Shown here one piece after another: positions 1 through 7,403 of a stretch of DNA of 28,139 nt. Source of the stretch: a virus (Duplodnaviria > Caudoviricetes); the IMG/VR virus record IMGVR_UViG_3300021121_000025, positions 1 through 28,139 of that record; one strand, 5' to 3'. The translations under genes were made by a program, and so were the position numbers. The notes under the pieces were generated by a model. The model ran no database searches. It had not been told where the DNA came from and saw nothing but the letters and a program-made list of their open reading frames with translations. Each line of letters opens with the position of its first letter. Position 1 is the first letter of the stretch.

Positions 1-132
1 ACGTTCTTTTTCTGCTATTAGTTTGGCAAAATGATAAAGACTATCTGGATTGCAAACTAAACATTTTTCATACTCCCAATGTCGTGTAAATCCAGATTGC
101 CTAGCTAATTCAATTATTTCTTCTTTAGTCAT
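1..132 (-). CDS. small MTKE-family early protein (runs off the window edge; closes at 28128-28139 if circular)
   Basis: Manual translation from ATG at 132 gives MTKEEIIELARQSGFTRHWEYEKCLVCNPDSLYHFAKLIAEKER. Joining the window end adds LKN-stop. The start overlaps the upstream gene's end. Confidence 0.65.
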   Translation of the reverse strand, partial: MTKEEIIELARQSGFTRHWEYEKCLVCNPDSLYHFAKLIAEKER

Positions 133-286
133 CTTCATTCTCCATAGCATCAATAATTAATTGTTGCCTTACTAACTCTACGCACCCAATAACTGTTGCC
201 ATGTAAAGCGTTTCATCGTACTTGTGGACTAACTCTAACATTTCTTCAACAAGACTATCTGCTAATTTGCCTTGATTAAAATTCAT
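125..286 (-). CDS. hypothetical protein (53 aa)
   Basis: Manual translation MNFNQGKLADSLVEEMLELVHKYDETLYMATVIGCVELVRQQLIIDAMENEDD; ATGA overlap with the ninB stop. Confidence 0.7.
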   Translation of the reverse strand: MNFNQGKLADSLVEEMLELVHKYDETLYMATVIGCVELVRQQLIIDAMENEDD

Positions 287-753
287 TCTTGCCCCTTAAT
301 TTCTATTCCTTTTTCTGCTGCCCATGCTAATAACCATTCTATAAATTCAGACCCTTGTTCCCGCGTGAATTTACGGCTTTGTAGCCCTAATTGCACTACC
401 CTAGCACCATCAAGGCTTGGAACCACTTTACCGCCTTGTAGCCCCGTTTCCGTGGCAAATTGGTCTATTAAAAACCGCTTCCAACTCTCCGCTTCCCAAC
501 GCGCCCCCATGTGTTGCGCTTGTTTGGCTATTTCCGCAATAATGGCGTGGTACTTCTTGTTTTGCTCATCGCTACGGTTTTCAGCTTCCACCGAAAGTAT
601 TAGGGTTTTACCCGATTCAATGGCAGCCTTCATCTTTGGCCACAGGCTTTTCAGTAGCGTAGCGCCTTGTTCCGGGGTGGTTAATTTATATTGCATATCA
701 TCCTTAAAGCGGCTTCTACGCCGTCTACCCGGCAAAGCGTACCACCGCACCAA
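283..753 (-). CDS. ninB: NinB/Orf-family recombination protein (true start probably the internal MQYKL, about 693)
   Basis: NinB-like motifs RSDEQNKKYHAII, W..ESWKRF, VVPSLDG and S.KFT.EQ.SEFIEWL.AW.AE.GI. Confidence 0.8.
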   Translation of the reverse strand: MVRWYALPGRRRRSRFKDDMQYKLTTPEQGATLLKSLWPKMKAAIESGKTLILSVEAENRSDEQNKKYHAIIAEIAKQAQHMGARWEAESWKRFLIDQFATETGLQGGKVVPSLDGARVVQLGLQSRKFTREQGSEFIEWLLAWAAEKGIEIKGQE

Positions 754-947
754 TTTTCAAAGAAATCGGCTTGTAACTTGGTTAAACGGCTTTTAGCGTC
801 TATTTTTACTTCCACCAAGTAAGTATGACCTTTGTAGCCCACCAAAAGGTCAACGGGTAGGCCAATAATCCAAACGTAAGCCCCGGCTTTGCGTAACGCG
901 TCCACTATCACGGCTTGGTTGGCGTCTACCCTAGCCGCGTGGCGCAT
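681..947 (-). CDS. VRR-NUC/PD-(D/E)XK-like nuclease (resolvase-like)
   Basis: RVDANQ..IV.ALR..GA, PVDLLVGY, LVEVK and LT..Q..F motif pattern; adjacent to ninB. Confidence 0.7.
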   Translation of the reverse strand: MRHAARVDANQAVIVDALRKAGAYVWIIGLPVDLLVGYKGHTYLVEVKIDAKSRLTKLQADFFENWCGGTLCRVDGVEAALRMICNIN

Positions 948-1122
948 ACATTCCTTTGGGGTTTAGTTTGGTAAACATAAGCTGGTCAGCATCGTACTGA
1001 AATATTGCAGCATCGAAAAGGTACATCCATTGCAAAACTTCGTCCGTGCAACCGTAAGCCAAGGAAAGGTAGAAGTATTCCCATTGGCGTAAGTCATAGT
1101 AGTTAATTTCCTTTTGTGTCAT
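931..1122 (-). CDS. hypothetical protein
   Basis: 63-aa ORF overlapping both neighbours in the operon. Confidence 0.55.
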   Translation of the reverse strand: MTQKEINYYDLRQWEYFYLSLAYGCTDEVLQWMYLFDAAIFQYDADQLMFTKLNPKGMYAPRG

Positions 1123-1291
1123 TTTCTAGTTCCTTTATTTTTGCTGCCACATCGTTGCCTAAGTTTTTCAATGCCGGGTCTTTCATCTTTTCCTTAACCA
1201 TTTCGCGCGTGTATTCACGAAAACCGGGCGCCAACGCCAGTTCTGCGTAGAACTTAACGATTGAAGCGTATTCAGCATCCCAGTCAAACAT
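1103..1291 (-). CDS. hypothetical protein
   Basis: 62-aa ORF, tightly coupled within the operon. Confidence 0.65.
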   Translation of the reverse strand: MFDWDAEYASIVKFYAELALAPGFREYTREMVKEKMKDPALKNLGNDVAAKIKELENDTKGN

Positions 1292-1433
1292 TAAATATCC
1301 ACTTGCGTGTTTCGTTTTGGTTAACCCGTTCGCGCTTTAATTCATCCTTGCGCTTGGGGTATTTAGCCCGTTCTAGGCTTTTGACGGGTACTTCCCACTT
1401 GGGTACGGGTTGCCAAATAGTTTTAAAAGTCAT
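1284..1433 (-). CDS. hypothetical basic protein (49 aa)
   Basis: Manual translation MTFKTIWQPVPKWEVPVKSLERAKYPKRKDELKRERVNQNETRKWIFNV; ATGA overlap with the upstream stop and fills the gap exactly. Confidence 0.6.
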   Translation of the reverse strand: MTFKTIWQPVPKWEVPVKSLERAKYPKRKDELKRERVNQNETRKWIFNV

Positions 1434-1831
1434 ATTAACCCCCTACGTTCAGCTTCTTCAAGAATTAAACCTTTATACCTTGACCATTGCACCATTTCAT
1501 CCCATTTTTGGCTACCCATTTTTTCAGCCAATTTTTCTATGCCACTTCGTGTTTCTAGGTCAAAAATATCTTTAGAACCTTTACATAAATCCCGAAACTT
1601 TAAAGCGCTGGGCGGGTAGTCAGGGTGCATATTTCGTAAAGCATGGTCTAATATTTCTTTGCTCTTTAAGTATTGCCCAATTTCTTCTGACCAAACTTGG
1701 CGCACAAAGGCCGGTTCTAGGCCTTCAAACGCGCGATTGAATGATGCCCCATATATAGCCCCCATTTTCGCAAAAACGTAGTCTAGGCCGTCTTCTAGTG
1801 ATACAGGGTTAATTATTAATAAGTTTGACAT
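1430..1831 (-). CDS. replication accessory protein, putative helicase loader/inhibitor (lambda P position)
   Basis: Lies immediately downstream of the initiator; D.VF..M..IYG..F ... W...I ... YPPSA..FR.LC pattern typical of such proteins. Confidence 0.55.
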   Translation of the reverse strand: MSNLLIINPVSLEDGLDYVFAKMGAIYGASFNRAFEGLEPAFVRQVWSEEIGQYLKSKEILDHALRNMHPDYPPSALKFRDLCKGSKDIFDLETRSGIEKLAEKMGSQKWDEMVQWSRYKGLILEEAERRGLI

Positions 1832-2513
1832 TTAAGCCACCCCCTACTAAACCACGGGTTAACCCGGACATTACGTTTTGATTCATTTGGCCAGTTTTGC
1901 TTAAGCCTTTGTCTTTAACCCATTCGGCTTTAAAACTACGCCAACCCCTAGCCACAATTTCAGTTAAGACTTGTTCTAATGGCCAACCAGCTTTGTCAGC
2001 TTCGCGTTGTATAGATTTGATTACAGTTTCTGAAACGGTTGCCCTAGACAACTTGCGTTGGTCTAAAAAACTTTTCCACGTTTCCGGTGTTACGCCTTCA
2101 GGCGCTTGTATTTTTATATGGTTATTGGTTATTGGTTTATGGTTATTGGTTGCTATTGGGGTGGCATTAGGGGGGCTATGGGGTGCCAATGGGGTGCCTA
2201 TGGGGGGGCTATTCCACCGTTTTTCAGCGCCACGTTTCCCAGATTCAGAAAAAGCCTTGAACTTGGCTATTTCAGCGTCTGCGCGAGGGTTTATGTAGCC
2301 TTCAGGGGTATCTATAAAAAATTCGTTAAGCACCGACAAAACTTCTTGTTCGTTTTCGCGCATGCCAATTTGCCGGGAAATATCCCGCTGCCTAATTGGT
2401 GCTTCGTGTAAATAATAATGGTCTAGAAGTCGGCGAAAAGCCAAATCTTCCATCAAACTTAAATGGTGCGTATGGGTTTTGTAATCCCCAATGTGAAATT
2501 GATAATAGTGCAT
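1809..2513 (-). CDS. DUF1376/YdaU-family replication initiator
   Basis: N-terminus MHYYQFHIGDY..HT.HLS..EDLAFRRLLD.YY, a low-complexity repeat linker, and a C-terminal helical domain; position after cro. Confidence 0.8.
   Translation of the reverse strand: MHYYQFHIGDYKTHTHHLSLMEDLAFRRLLDHYYLHEAPIRQRDISRQIGMRENEQEVLSVLNEFFIDTPEGYINPRADAEIAKFKAFSESGKRGAEKRWNSPPIGTPLAPHSPPNATPIATNNHKPITNNHIKIQAPEGVTPETWKSFLDQRKLSRATVSETVIKSIQREADKAGWPLEQVLTEIVARGWRSFKAEWVKDKGLSKTGQMNQNVMSGLTRGLVGGGLNVKLINN
2120..2213. repeat. iteron-like repeats, putative replication origin inside the initiator gene
   Basis: Tandem GGTTATT-like heptamers (2120-2150) followed by several (CT)ATGGGGTGCC-like units (2151-2213); same arrangement as lambdoid origins within the O gene. 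Confidence 0.6.
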
Positions 2514-2527
2514 ACCGTACCTTAAAA

Positions 2528-2605
2528 CCCTACCAAGAAAAGAAACAAAGGCAAGCGGGTAGGTGCGCTTTTCGGTTTGCTCATGACTTCAAACCTAGCC
2601 TTGTT
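2528..2605 (-). ncRNA. candidate structured leader RNA upstream of the initiator
   Basis: Outer stem AACAAGGC/GCCTTTGTT encloses hairpins GTTTG..CAAAC and GCG..CGC; loop CCTACC is complementary to GGTAGG near the SD. Confidence 0.4.
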
Positions 2606-2615
2606 CAAATTTATT

Positions 2616-2777
2616 CTACTGTAATTCATTAAACCATTCAGGCTTCAAAACCATCAATTGCCAAATACGGCCTTTAGGCACAGTTACCCATTTGTGTACG
2701 CTTTGGCGTTTCACACCTAATAACTTGGCCAATTTGCTTGCCGAACCAGCTAATTTGATTAATTTTTCTTTTTCCAT
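2616..2777 (-). CDS. cro: Cro-like HTH transcriptional regulator (53 aa)
   Basis: Not in the ORF track. Manual translation MEKEKLIKLAGSASKLAKLLGVKRQSVHKWVTVPKGRIWQLMVLKPEWFNELQ shows a Cro-type HTH; first gene of the divergent arm. Confidence 0.8.
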   Translation of the reverse strand: MEKEKLIKLAGSASKLAKLLGVKRQSVHKWVTVPKGRIWQLMVLKPEWFNELQ

Positions 2778-2916
2778 GTTGTAATGGTAAGACAAAACTT
2801 ACAAAAAAGCCACACTTTTAAAAATATTTTTAGGTTTTGTTGTAAATCAGTAAGAAATGGCTTACATTACTACCTATGCCCTAGCGCAACGCATAAGGGT
2901 CTTTTAAGGAAACAAA
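2778..2916. promoter_or_regulatory. divergent early promoters with two palindromic operators
   Basis: GTAAG-N6-CTTAC at 2787-2802 and 2850-2865. Rightward promoter TTGTAA(2840)-17-TACATT(2863); leftward -10 TACCAT at 2789-2784. Confidence 0.7.
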
Positions 2917-3144
2917 ATGTTAAATTACAGAAAATATAAAGAAATGACAGAAAAAGTTAATTCTGTATACGGAATTAAATTTACAGATATGTGCGTTGAT
3001 GCTGAAAATTGTGGCCATATTAATGATAATTCAGAAGAATTTTGGGCCGAAATGTGTTCAGTATTTGCCCAAGTAGTGGGTTTAAGAATGGCAGAAGCTG
3101 GTATTTCTAACGAAGAAATGGCTAAAGTTGGTATTTTTTATTAA
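2917..3144 (+). CDS. hypothetical protein, first gene of the rightward early arm
   Basis: Strong SD TAAGGA; 75 aa; AT-rich. Confidence 0.75.
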   Translation: MLNYRKYKEMTEKVNSVYGIKFTDMCVDAENCGHINDNSEEFWAEMCSVFAQVVGLRMAEAGISNEEMAKVGIFY

Positions 3145-3157
3145 TTAAGGAAATACC

Positions 3158-3352
3158 ATGACAATTAAATTCACCAAGGGCAACATAAACCCGACCACCA
3201 AAAAATTCCCCCGTACTTTAGCCGAAGCCTTCCCTGAAGCGCCAGAAGCTAATTTTGATCGCCCATTTGATAAAGAAGACAAGCTAGTAATTGTGGCTTG
3301 CATCATTATTAGCGTACTTGTATTTGGTTCTATTTTATTGGGGGTTATATGA
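3158..3352 (+). CDS. small membrane protein
   Basis: SD TAAGGA; FPRTLAEAFP motif and a C-terminal TM helix. Confidence 0.75.
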   Translation: MTIKFTKGNINPTTKKFPRTLAEAFPEAPEANFDRPFDKEDKLVIVACIIISVLVFGSILLGVI

Positions 3353-3912
3353 AATTAGTCAGCACAGCATTTGTTAAAGCACAACAACAGTTTGGCCCAG
3401 CGCTTAAAACCGCAACCAACCCACACTTTAAAAGCCGTTACGCAGACTTGTCTGCTTGCGTAGAAGCGGTTATAGATGCGTTAAACGCCAACGGCATAGC
3501 TTTAATGCAGAAAATGCATCCAAGCGAAGGTGGCGTTGCTATTGAAACTATATTTGTTCACGAAAGCGGTGAAAGTATGGCCAACGGCATTTTGCACGTT
3601 CCGGCATCACGCCAAGACCCACAAGGTTACGGTTCAGCGTTGACATACGCCCGTAGATATTCCCTAATGACTGCTTGCGGTATTGCCCCAGAAGATGATG
3701 ACGGTAACGCAGCAAGCCGTAAAAAGGAAAAGTCTGACGTTAACGAATCAGAAATGGCAGACTGGTTGGCAGCAATAGCAGATTCAGCAGACTTAGAAGC
3801 GTTACAAAAAAACTTTGTAAAAGCTATTTCAGCCAGTAACGGTGACAAAGAATGGCAGTTAAAAATAATTGCTGTTAAAGACAAAATGAAGAAAAAATTG
3901 GAGACTAAATAA
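3349..3912 (+). CDS. erf: ERF-family ssDNA annealing protein
   Basis: NPHFKSRYADL, and QGYGSALTYARRYSL..ACGIAPEDDDGN is the ERF signature. Confidence 0.93.
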   Translation: MKLVSTAFVKAQQQFGPALKTATNPHFKSRYADLSACVEAVIDALNANGIALMQKMHPSEGGVAIETIFVHESGESMANGILHVPASRQDPQGYGSALTYARRYSLMTACGIAPEDDDGNAASRKKEKSDVNESEMADWLAAIADSADLEALQKNFVKAISASNGDKEWQLKIIAVKDKMKKKLETK

Positions 3913-4115
3913 TGAAAGCATTTCCACATATATATGAAAAAACAATAGATGGTGACATTGCTATCTGCACTAATACAGGCATGGATTTAAGAGACTGGTT
4001 TGCAGGTATTGCTTTACCTGAATGTATAGGGTGGGGTGAGCCAGAAAAAGTCTGTGCTCGTGCTTACATATATGCAGATGAAATGATGAAAGCAAGGGAA
4101 ATAAATAATGGCTAA
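3912..4115 (+). CDS. hypothetical phage protein
   Basis: GMDLRDWFAG.A ... AY.YADEMMKAR pattern, common in phage early regions. Confidence 0.75.
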   Translation: MKAFPHIYEKTIDGDIAICTNTGMDLRDWFAGIALPECIGWGEPEKVCARAYIYADEMMKAREINNG

Positions 4116-4317
4116 GAAACCTAAAGAAAAAACACTAGAACAACTACATGACGAAATTATGGATGTGTTTGTAGGGGTAAGTTTTAAAAACAGCGTTTTA
4201 TCATTGGTAGATACATTGTCTAGCGTAACCGATTTTTTAGAAATACCCATAACCGATGTAATTGAAATGCTTATTGAAGCAGACCGTGTTAACAGAAAAT
4301 ATAAGGAAAAGTCATGA
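4108..4317 (+). CDS. hypothetical protein
   Basis: 69 aa, coupled to both neighbours. Confidence 0.7.
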   Translation: MAKKPKEKTLEQLHDEIMDVFVGVSFKNSVLSLVDTLSSVTDFLEIPITDVIEMLIEADRVNRKYKEKS

Positions 4318-4934
4318 GCGAAATAGAACAAGGCACGCCAGAATGGTTTGCAGCACGTTTGGGTAAGGCAACAGGTTCACGCATAGCGGATATTATTGCC
4401 AAAACCAAAACAGGTTATTCCACTAGCCGGGCAAACTACGCAGCGCAATTGGTTTGCGAACGTTTAACTGGCAAAGTTGCAGAATCATTTACTAATGCTG
4501 CAATGCAATGGGGAACAGAAACAGAACCATTGGCACGCGCAGCATACGAAGTTAAAACCGGTGAAATGGTTGACCAAGTAGGCTTTGTTGACCACCCAAG
4601 CATAGAAAATTCAGGTGCAAGCCCGGACGGTTTGGTGGGTTTATTTGGTATGCTAGAAATAAAATGCCCTAACACGGCCACGCACATCGAAACCTTACTT
4701 AGCCAACAGGTGCCAACAAAGTACATTACGCAAATGCAATGGCAAATGGCTTGCGCTGGGCGCCAATGGTGCGACTTTGTTAGCTTTGACCCGCGTATGC
4801 CTGAAAACCTACAACTATTCATTAAGCGCGTGGAATATGACCCGCCCTACGTTGCTATGCTAGAAAAGGAAGTAATCCAGTTCTTAATGGATGTTGAAGC
4901 CAATGTAAATCAGTTAAGGAAATTAAATGTCTAA
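4314..4934 (+). CDS. YqaJ-like (lambda-exonuclease family) recombination exonuclease
   Basis: EQGTPEWFAARLGK.TGS, MQWGTETEP.AR, GASPDGLV, EIKCP and Q.QWQM motifs. Confidence 0.92.
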   Translation: MSEIEQGTPEWFAARLGKATGSRIADIIAKTKTGYSTSRANYAAQLVCERLTGKVAESFTNAAMQWGTETEPLARAAYEVKTGEMVDQVGFVDHPSIENSGASPDGLVGLFGMLEIKCPNTATHIETLLSQQVPTKYITQMQWQMACAGRQWCDFVSFDPRMPENLQLFIKRVEYDPPYVAMLEKEVIQFLMDVEANVNQLRKLNV

Positions 4935-5154
4935 AGTTATAAGTGAAATAAGTTGTATTGTGGGTAAGTACACAAACGCAGCCGGTGAAGCCAAGAACCG
5001 TTACCAGCGTGTAGGGTCTATTATTGAAACCAAGAACGGCCCGATGTTGAAAATTGACAACATACCGCTAAAAGAAGGCGGTTGGGATGGTTGGTGTTAC
5101 ATCAACGAACCAAGACCAAAAGAAATATTTAAGGATGACGATATTGGGTTTTAA
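4927..5154 (+). CDS. putative ssDNA-binding protein
   Basis: Small beta-rich protein with an acidic DDDIGF tail, following ERF and the exonuclease. Confidence 0.6.
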   Translation: MSKVISEISCIVGKYTNAAGEAKNRYQRVGSIIETKNGPMLKIDNIPLKEGGWDGWCYINEPRPKEIFKDDDIGF

Positions 5155-5157
5155 AAT

Positions 5158-5232
5158 TTGGGCGGTAATACGGGTTAGCGCCGTAGGGAATTTGTACAAG
5201 TGTAGAAACGCTGCTTTATGCGAACCGCCCAA
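5158..5232 (+). ncRNA. candidate structured RNA
   Basis: 9-bp closing stem TTGGGCGGT/ACCGCCCAA; inner hairpin TACGG-GTTAGCG-CCGTA; no U-tract after the stem. Confidence 0.45.
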
Positions 5233-5264
5233 CCTGACACATTAAGATAAATTAAGGAAACATA

Positions 5265-5591
5265 ATGAGAAATTTTGACATACACCAAACCATTAAAAGT
5301 TACTTCCCTGACAGCCTAATGGCATTTGCCCGTAAAACAGACCCAGAAACGTCTAAAGAAGCTGCCGGTACGGTAGACGTAAGCAAGCTAGAACAAGTGG
5401 TTTTAGATGCTATTAAAGCCTTCCCAGAAGGGTGTATATCCCAAGACATAGAAAACGCGCTACCCCACATCAGGGTTAGTTCAATAACCCCCCGGTTTAA
5501 CACTTTGCTAAGAAAAGGCTTAATTGTTGACACGGGCGAAAAGCGCCGGGGTTTTTCAGGCAGAAACCAACGCGTAGTGAGGGCAGTATGA
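5265..5591 (+). CDS. winged-helix DNA-binding protein
   Basis: ARKTDPETSKEAA followed by a wHTH-like segment (SITPRF..L..KG.I.DTGE.R...SGR.Q.V). Confidence 0.7.
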   Translation: MRNFDIHQTIKSYFPDSLMAFARKTDPETSKEAAGTVDVSKLEQVVLDAIKAFPEGCISQDIENALPHIRVSSITPRFNTLLRKGLIVDTGEKRRGFSGRNQRVVRAV

Positions 5592-5869
5592 AGTACCTAA
5601 TACCTTTATTGTTAGCTGGGTGTGCCACACAGGCGCCAAGGCTAGAAACACCACCACAGCAAACCTACACTACACCGCCGGTAGTTCCGGTGCGGGTAGA
5701 CCCACAAGTCCAGCAGATGAGCCGTAACGAAGTTATACAGGCATCTATTGAGTGCGAACAAGGCGGTATGCGTGCCGTGCCGGTAATGAGCAAACGCATA
5801 GTCAGCGGGTTTATGACGGACATTATTATTGATGTTCAATGTATGCCCAAACGGTCAGCAATGTTTTAA
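5588..5869 (+). CDS. lipoprotein
   Basis: Signal peptide MKYLIPLLLAG-C with a lipobox. Confidence 0.75.
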   Translation: MKYLIPLLLAGCATQAPRLETPPQQTYTTPPVVPVRVDPQVQQMSRNEVIQASIECEQGGMRAVPVMSKRIVSGFMTDIIIDVQCMPKRSAMF

Positions 5870-5878
5870 GGAAAACAC

Positions 5879-6124
5879 ATGACTAAAGAAGTAAAGCAAG
5901 AGCAGGATGAGCCTTTAACAGAAAACGGAATATATCGTCTTGGTTACCATAGTGGTTATAAGTTTGGCGAAGCATATGCAAAAGCAAACGCTAAGAATAA
6001 AGAATGGGTAGGGTTGACAGTTGACCAAATTGCAGCAATAGCTGAATGGCAGTTAAGTGCTCAAAGGCCATTGATTGACGTCATAAAAGCGGTTGAACAG
6101 GCATTAAAGGAAAAAAACACATGA
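5879..6124 (+). CDS. modular MTKEV/QEQDEP/KEWVGLT/LKEKNT small protein
   Basis: Shares exact nucleotide boxes with genes at 27012-27927. Confidence 0.8.
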   Translation: MTKEVKQEQDEPLTENGIYRLGYHSGYKFGEAYAKANAKNKEWVGLTVDQIAAIAEWQLSAQRPLIDVIKAVEQALKEKNT

Positions 6125-6411
6125 AACACAAACACGCAGAATTGATTAAAAAATGGGCAGATGGCGCTCTAATTGAACAAAAGATATATACCGAATGGGT
6201 GGCTTGCGATAAACCAACGTGGGATGCCAACAGTATTTACCGGGTTAGGCAAGAAAGCCAAGACTTTGCCGTATCTGCAAACGTAATATTTGAGCAAACT
6301 TCTAGCGGTTACCTAAAGTTTTCAATTTACGGTGATCACAACGTTGATTTTATATTTGACGGCAACAGTAAGAAACTAAAGGCGGTAAATTTACTGACTA
6401 AAAATGGATGA
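6121..6411 (+). CDS. hypothetical phage protein
   Basis: MKHKHAELIKKWADGA.IE ... P.W....YRV pattern; ATGA overlap. Confidence 0.75.
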   Translation: MKHKHAELIKKWADGALIEQKIYTEWVACDKPTWDANSIYRVRQESQDFAVSANVIFEQTSSGYLKFSIYGDHNVDFIFDGNSKKLKAVNLLTKNG

Positions 6412-6550
6412 GATGCGCACAATGATAGCCGCTATGGCCTTGCAAGGGTTATTGGCAGCACTAGCCCTTGACGAAAATTGGGAACCTGAAGAACTGGTAG
6501 ACATAGCCGTTTCTATGGCCGATAAGTTATTGGAACGCCTAAATGCTTGA
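6404..6550 (+). CDS. hypothetical protein (48 aa)
   Basis: Manual translation MDEMRTMIAAMALQGLLAALALDENWEPEELVDIAVSMADKLLERLNA. Confidence 0.65.
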   Translation: MDEMRTMIAAMALQGLLAALALDENWEPEELVDIAVSMADKLLERLNA

Positions 6551-6653
6551 ACTAGCCTTATTAATTAGCATACTTTGCCTTGGGGGAATAGTTACGCTTT
6601 TGGCCATTTGGGTGGTAATAGCCTATAAAATATTTGTTGAAAATAAAGAATAA
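6543..6653 (+). CDS. small single-TM peptide (36 aa)
   Basis: Manual translation MLELALLISILCLGGIVTLLAIWVVIAYKIFVENKE. Confidence 0.55.
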   Translation: MLELALLISILCLGGIVTLLAIWVVIAYKIFVENKE

Positions 6654-6690
6654 TCGGATAAAATGGCACGACTACTTCGGTAGTTTTTCT
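6637..6690 (+). promoter_or_regulatory. putative promoter plus UUCG hairpin/U-tract at the early-late boundary
   Basis: TTGAAA(6637)-16-TAAAAT(6659); ACTAC-TTCG-GTAGT (6671-6684) followed by TTTTCT. Confidence 0.45.
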
Positions 6691-6719
6691 TGCAAGAAAA
6701 CACATTTTTAAGGATTATC

Positions 6720-7064
6720 ATGTATTCAACAAGAGCAGAAAGCGGTGAGAAATTACCAAAAGGCGCTAAGTCTAGTGACCGTACAGGCGAAAAAATGGGT
6801 AGCGAAAAAGGCCCAAACAGCCTTAAAGGCGTGCCTAGCGTAACTGGCGCTAAAGCACCAATGGGCGCTACATCTAGCGATATGTCTGGTGAGCGCAAGG
6901 CAAAGCTAGTTGGTGGCGTTGGCATGGGTAAAATGGACGGCATCGGAAGCCGTGAAATGAGCCACATGGGTAAGAATGACGGCCGTACTGGTGAATTCAA
7001 CACAGGTTCTAAAGAACACGACTGTTACAGCCACGAGCGTATGCCCCACGTTCAAGATATGTAA
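6720..7064 (+). CDS. Gly/Lys/Ser/Met-rich, probably disordered protein
   Basis: SD TAAGGA before ATG at 6720 (MYSTRAES...). Confidence 0.75.
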   Translation: MYSTRAESGEKLPKGAKSSDRTGEKMGSEKGPNSLKGVPSVTGAKAPMGATSSDMSGERKAKLVGGVGMGKMDGIGSREMSHMGKNDGRTGEFNTGSKEHDCYSHERMPHVQDM

Positions 7065-7133
7065 AAAGCGAAACGCCCCAAAGATAACGGTCTAAGGGGC
7101 GCTTCTAATCAAACCAAGTAATAAGGACTTGAA

Positions 7134-7403
7134 ATGACTAAGAGCGATTGTAGTAGTTGCCGGTTTTTTATACAAAACCCAACGTTAAACATAGGAAGTT
7201 GCCGTAGGTACCCGGTATACCAAAATAGGCATGGTAGCGAATGGTGCGGTGAGCACGCCCTAGCCCATTACGACTTGCCAGACACAATAGAAAACTTGGT
7301 TGCAAATGCCGAATTAGAGGAAGAATTTGCAAAAATACCAGTTGTAACCCTAGAAAAACAGAAAAACAAGGGTGGCCGCCCCAGAAAGGTAACCCGCATA
7401 TGA
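7134..7403 (+). CDS. Cys-rich (Zn-binding?) protein with a C-terminal AT-hook-like motif
   Basis: CSSC..CRRYP..WCGEH pattern and GGRPRK. Confidence 0.7.
   Translation: MTKSDCSSCRFFIQNPTLNIGSCRRYPVYQNRHGSEWCGEHALAHYDLPDTIENLVANAELEEEFAKIPVVTLEKQKNKGGRPRKVTRI

Noticed and set aside
2120-2213. Short repeats as a CRISPR array or VNTR
   Set aside because: The units are 7-14 nt, lack unique spacers and lie inside the initiator gene; they fit iterons better.
2544-2605. Hammerhead ribozyme (CATGAG...CGAAA)
   Set aside because: It lacks the CUGANGA core in the junction; CATGAG lies in a hairpin loop.
272-2632. + strand ORFs 272-796, 1261-1575, 1410-1619, 1897-2298, 2106-2411 and 2396-2632
   Set aside because: Antisense shadows of a tightly coupled - strand operon with recognisable proteins; no convincing SD or motifs.
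5158-5232. Pistol/twister ribozyme or tRNA identity for the intergenic structure
   Set aside because: The first hairpin superficially resembles pistol P1, but the other conserved core nucleotides and a tRNA T-loop/CCA are absent. Kept only as an unnamed RNA candidate.
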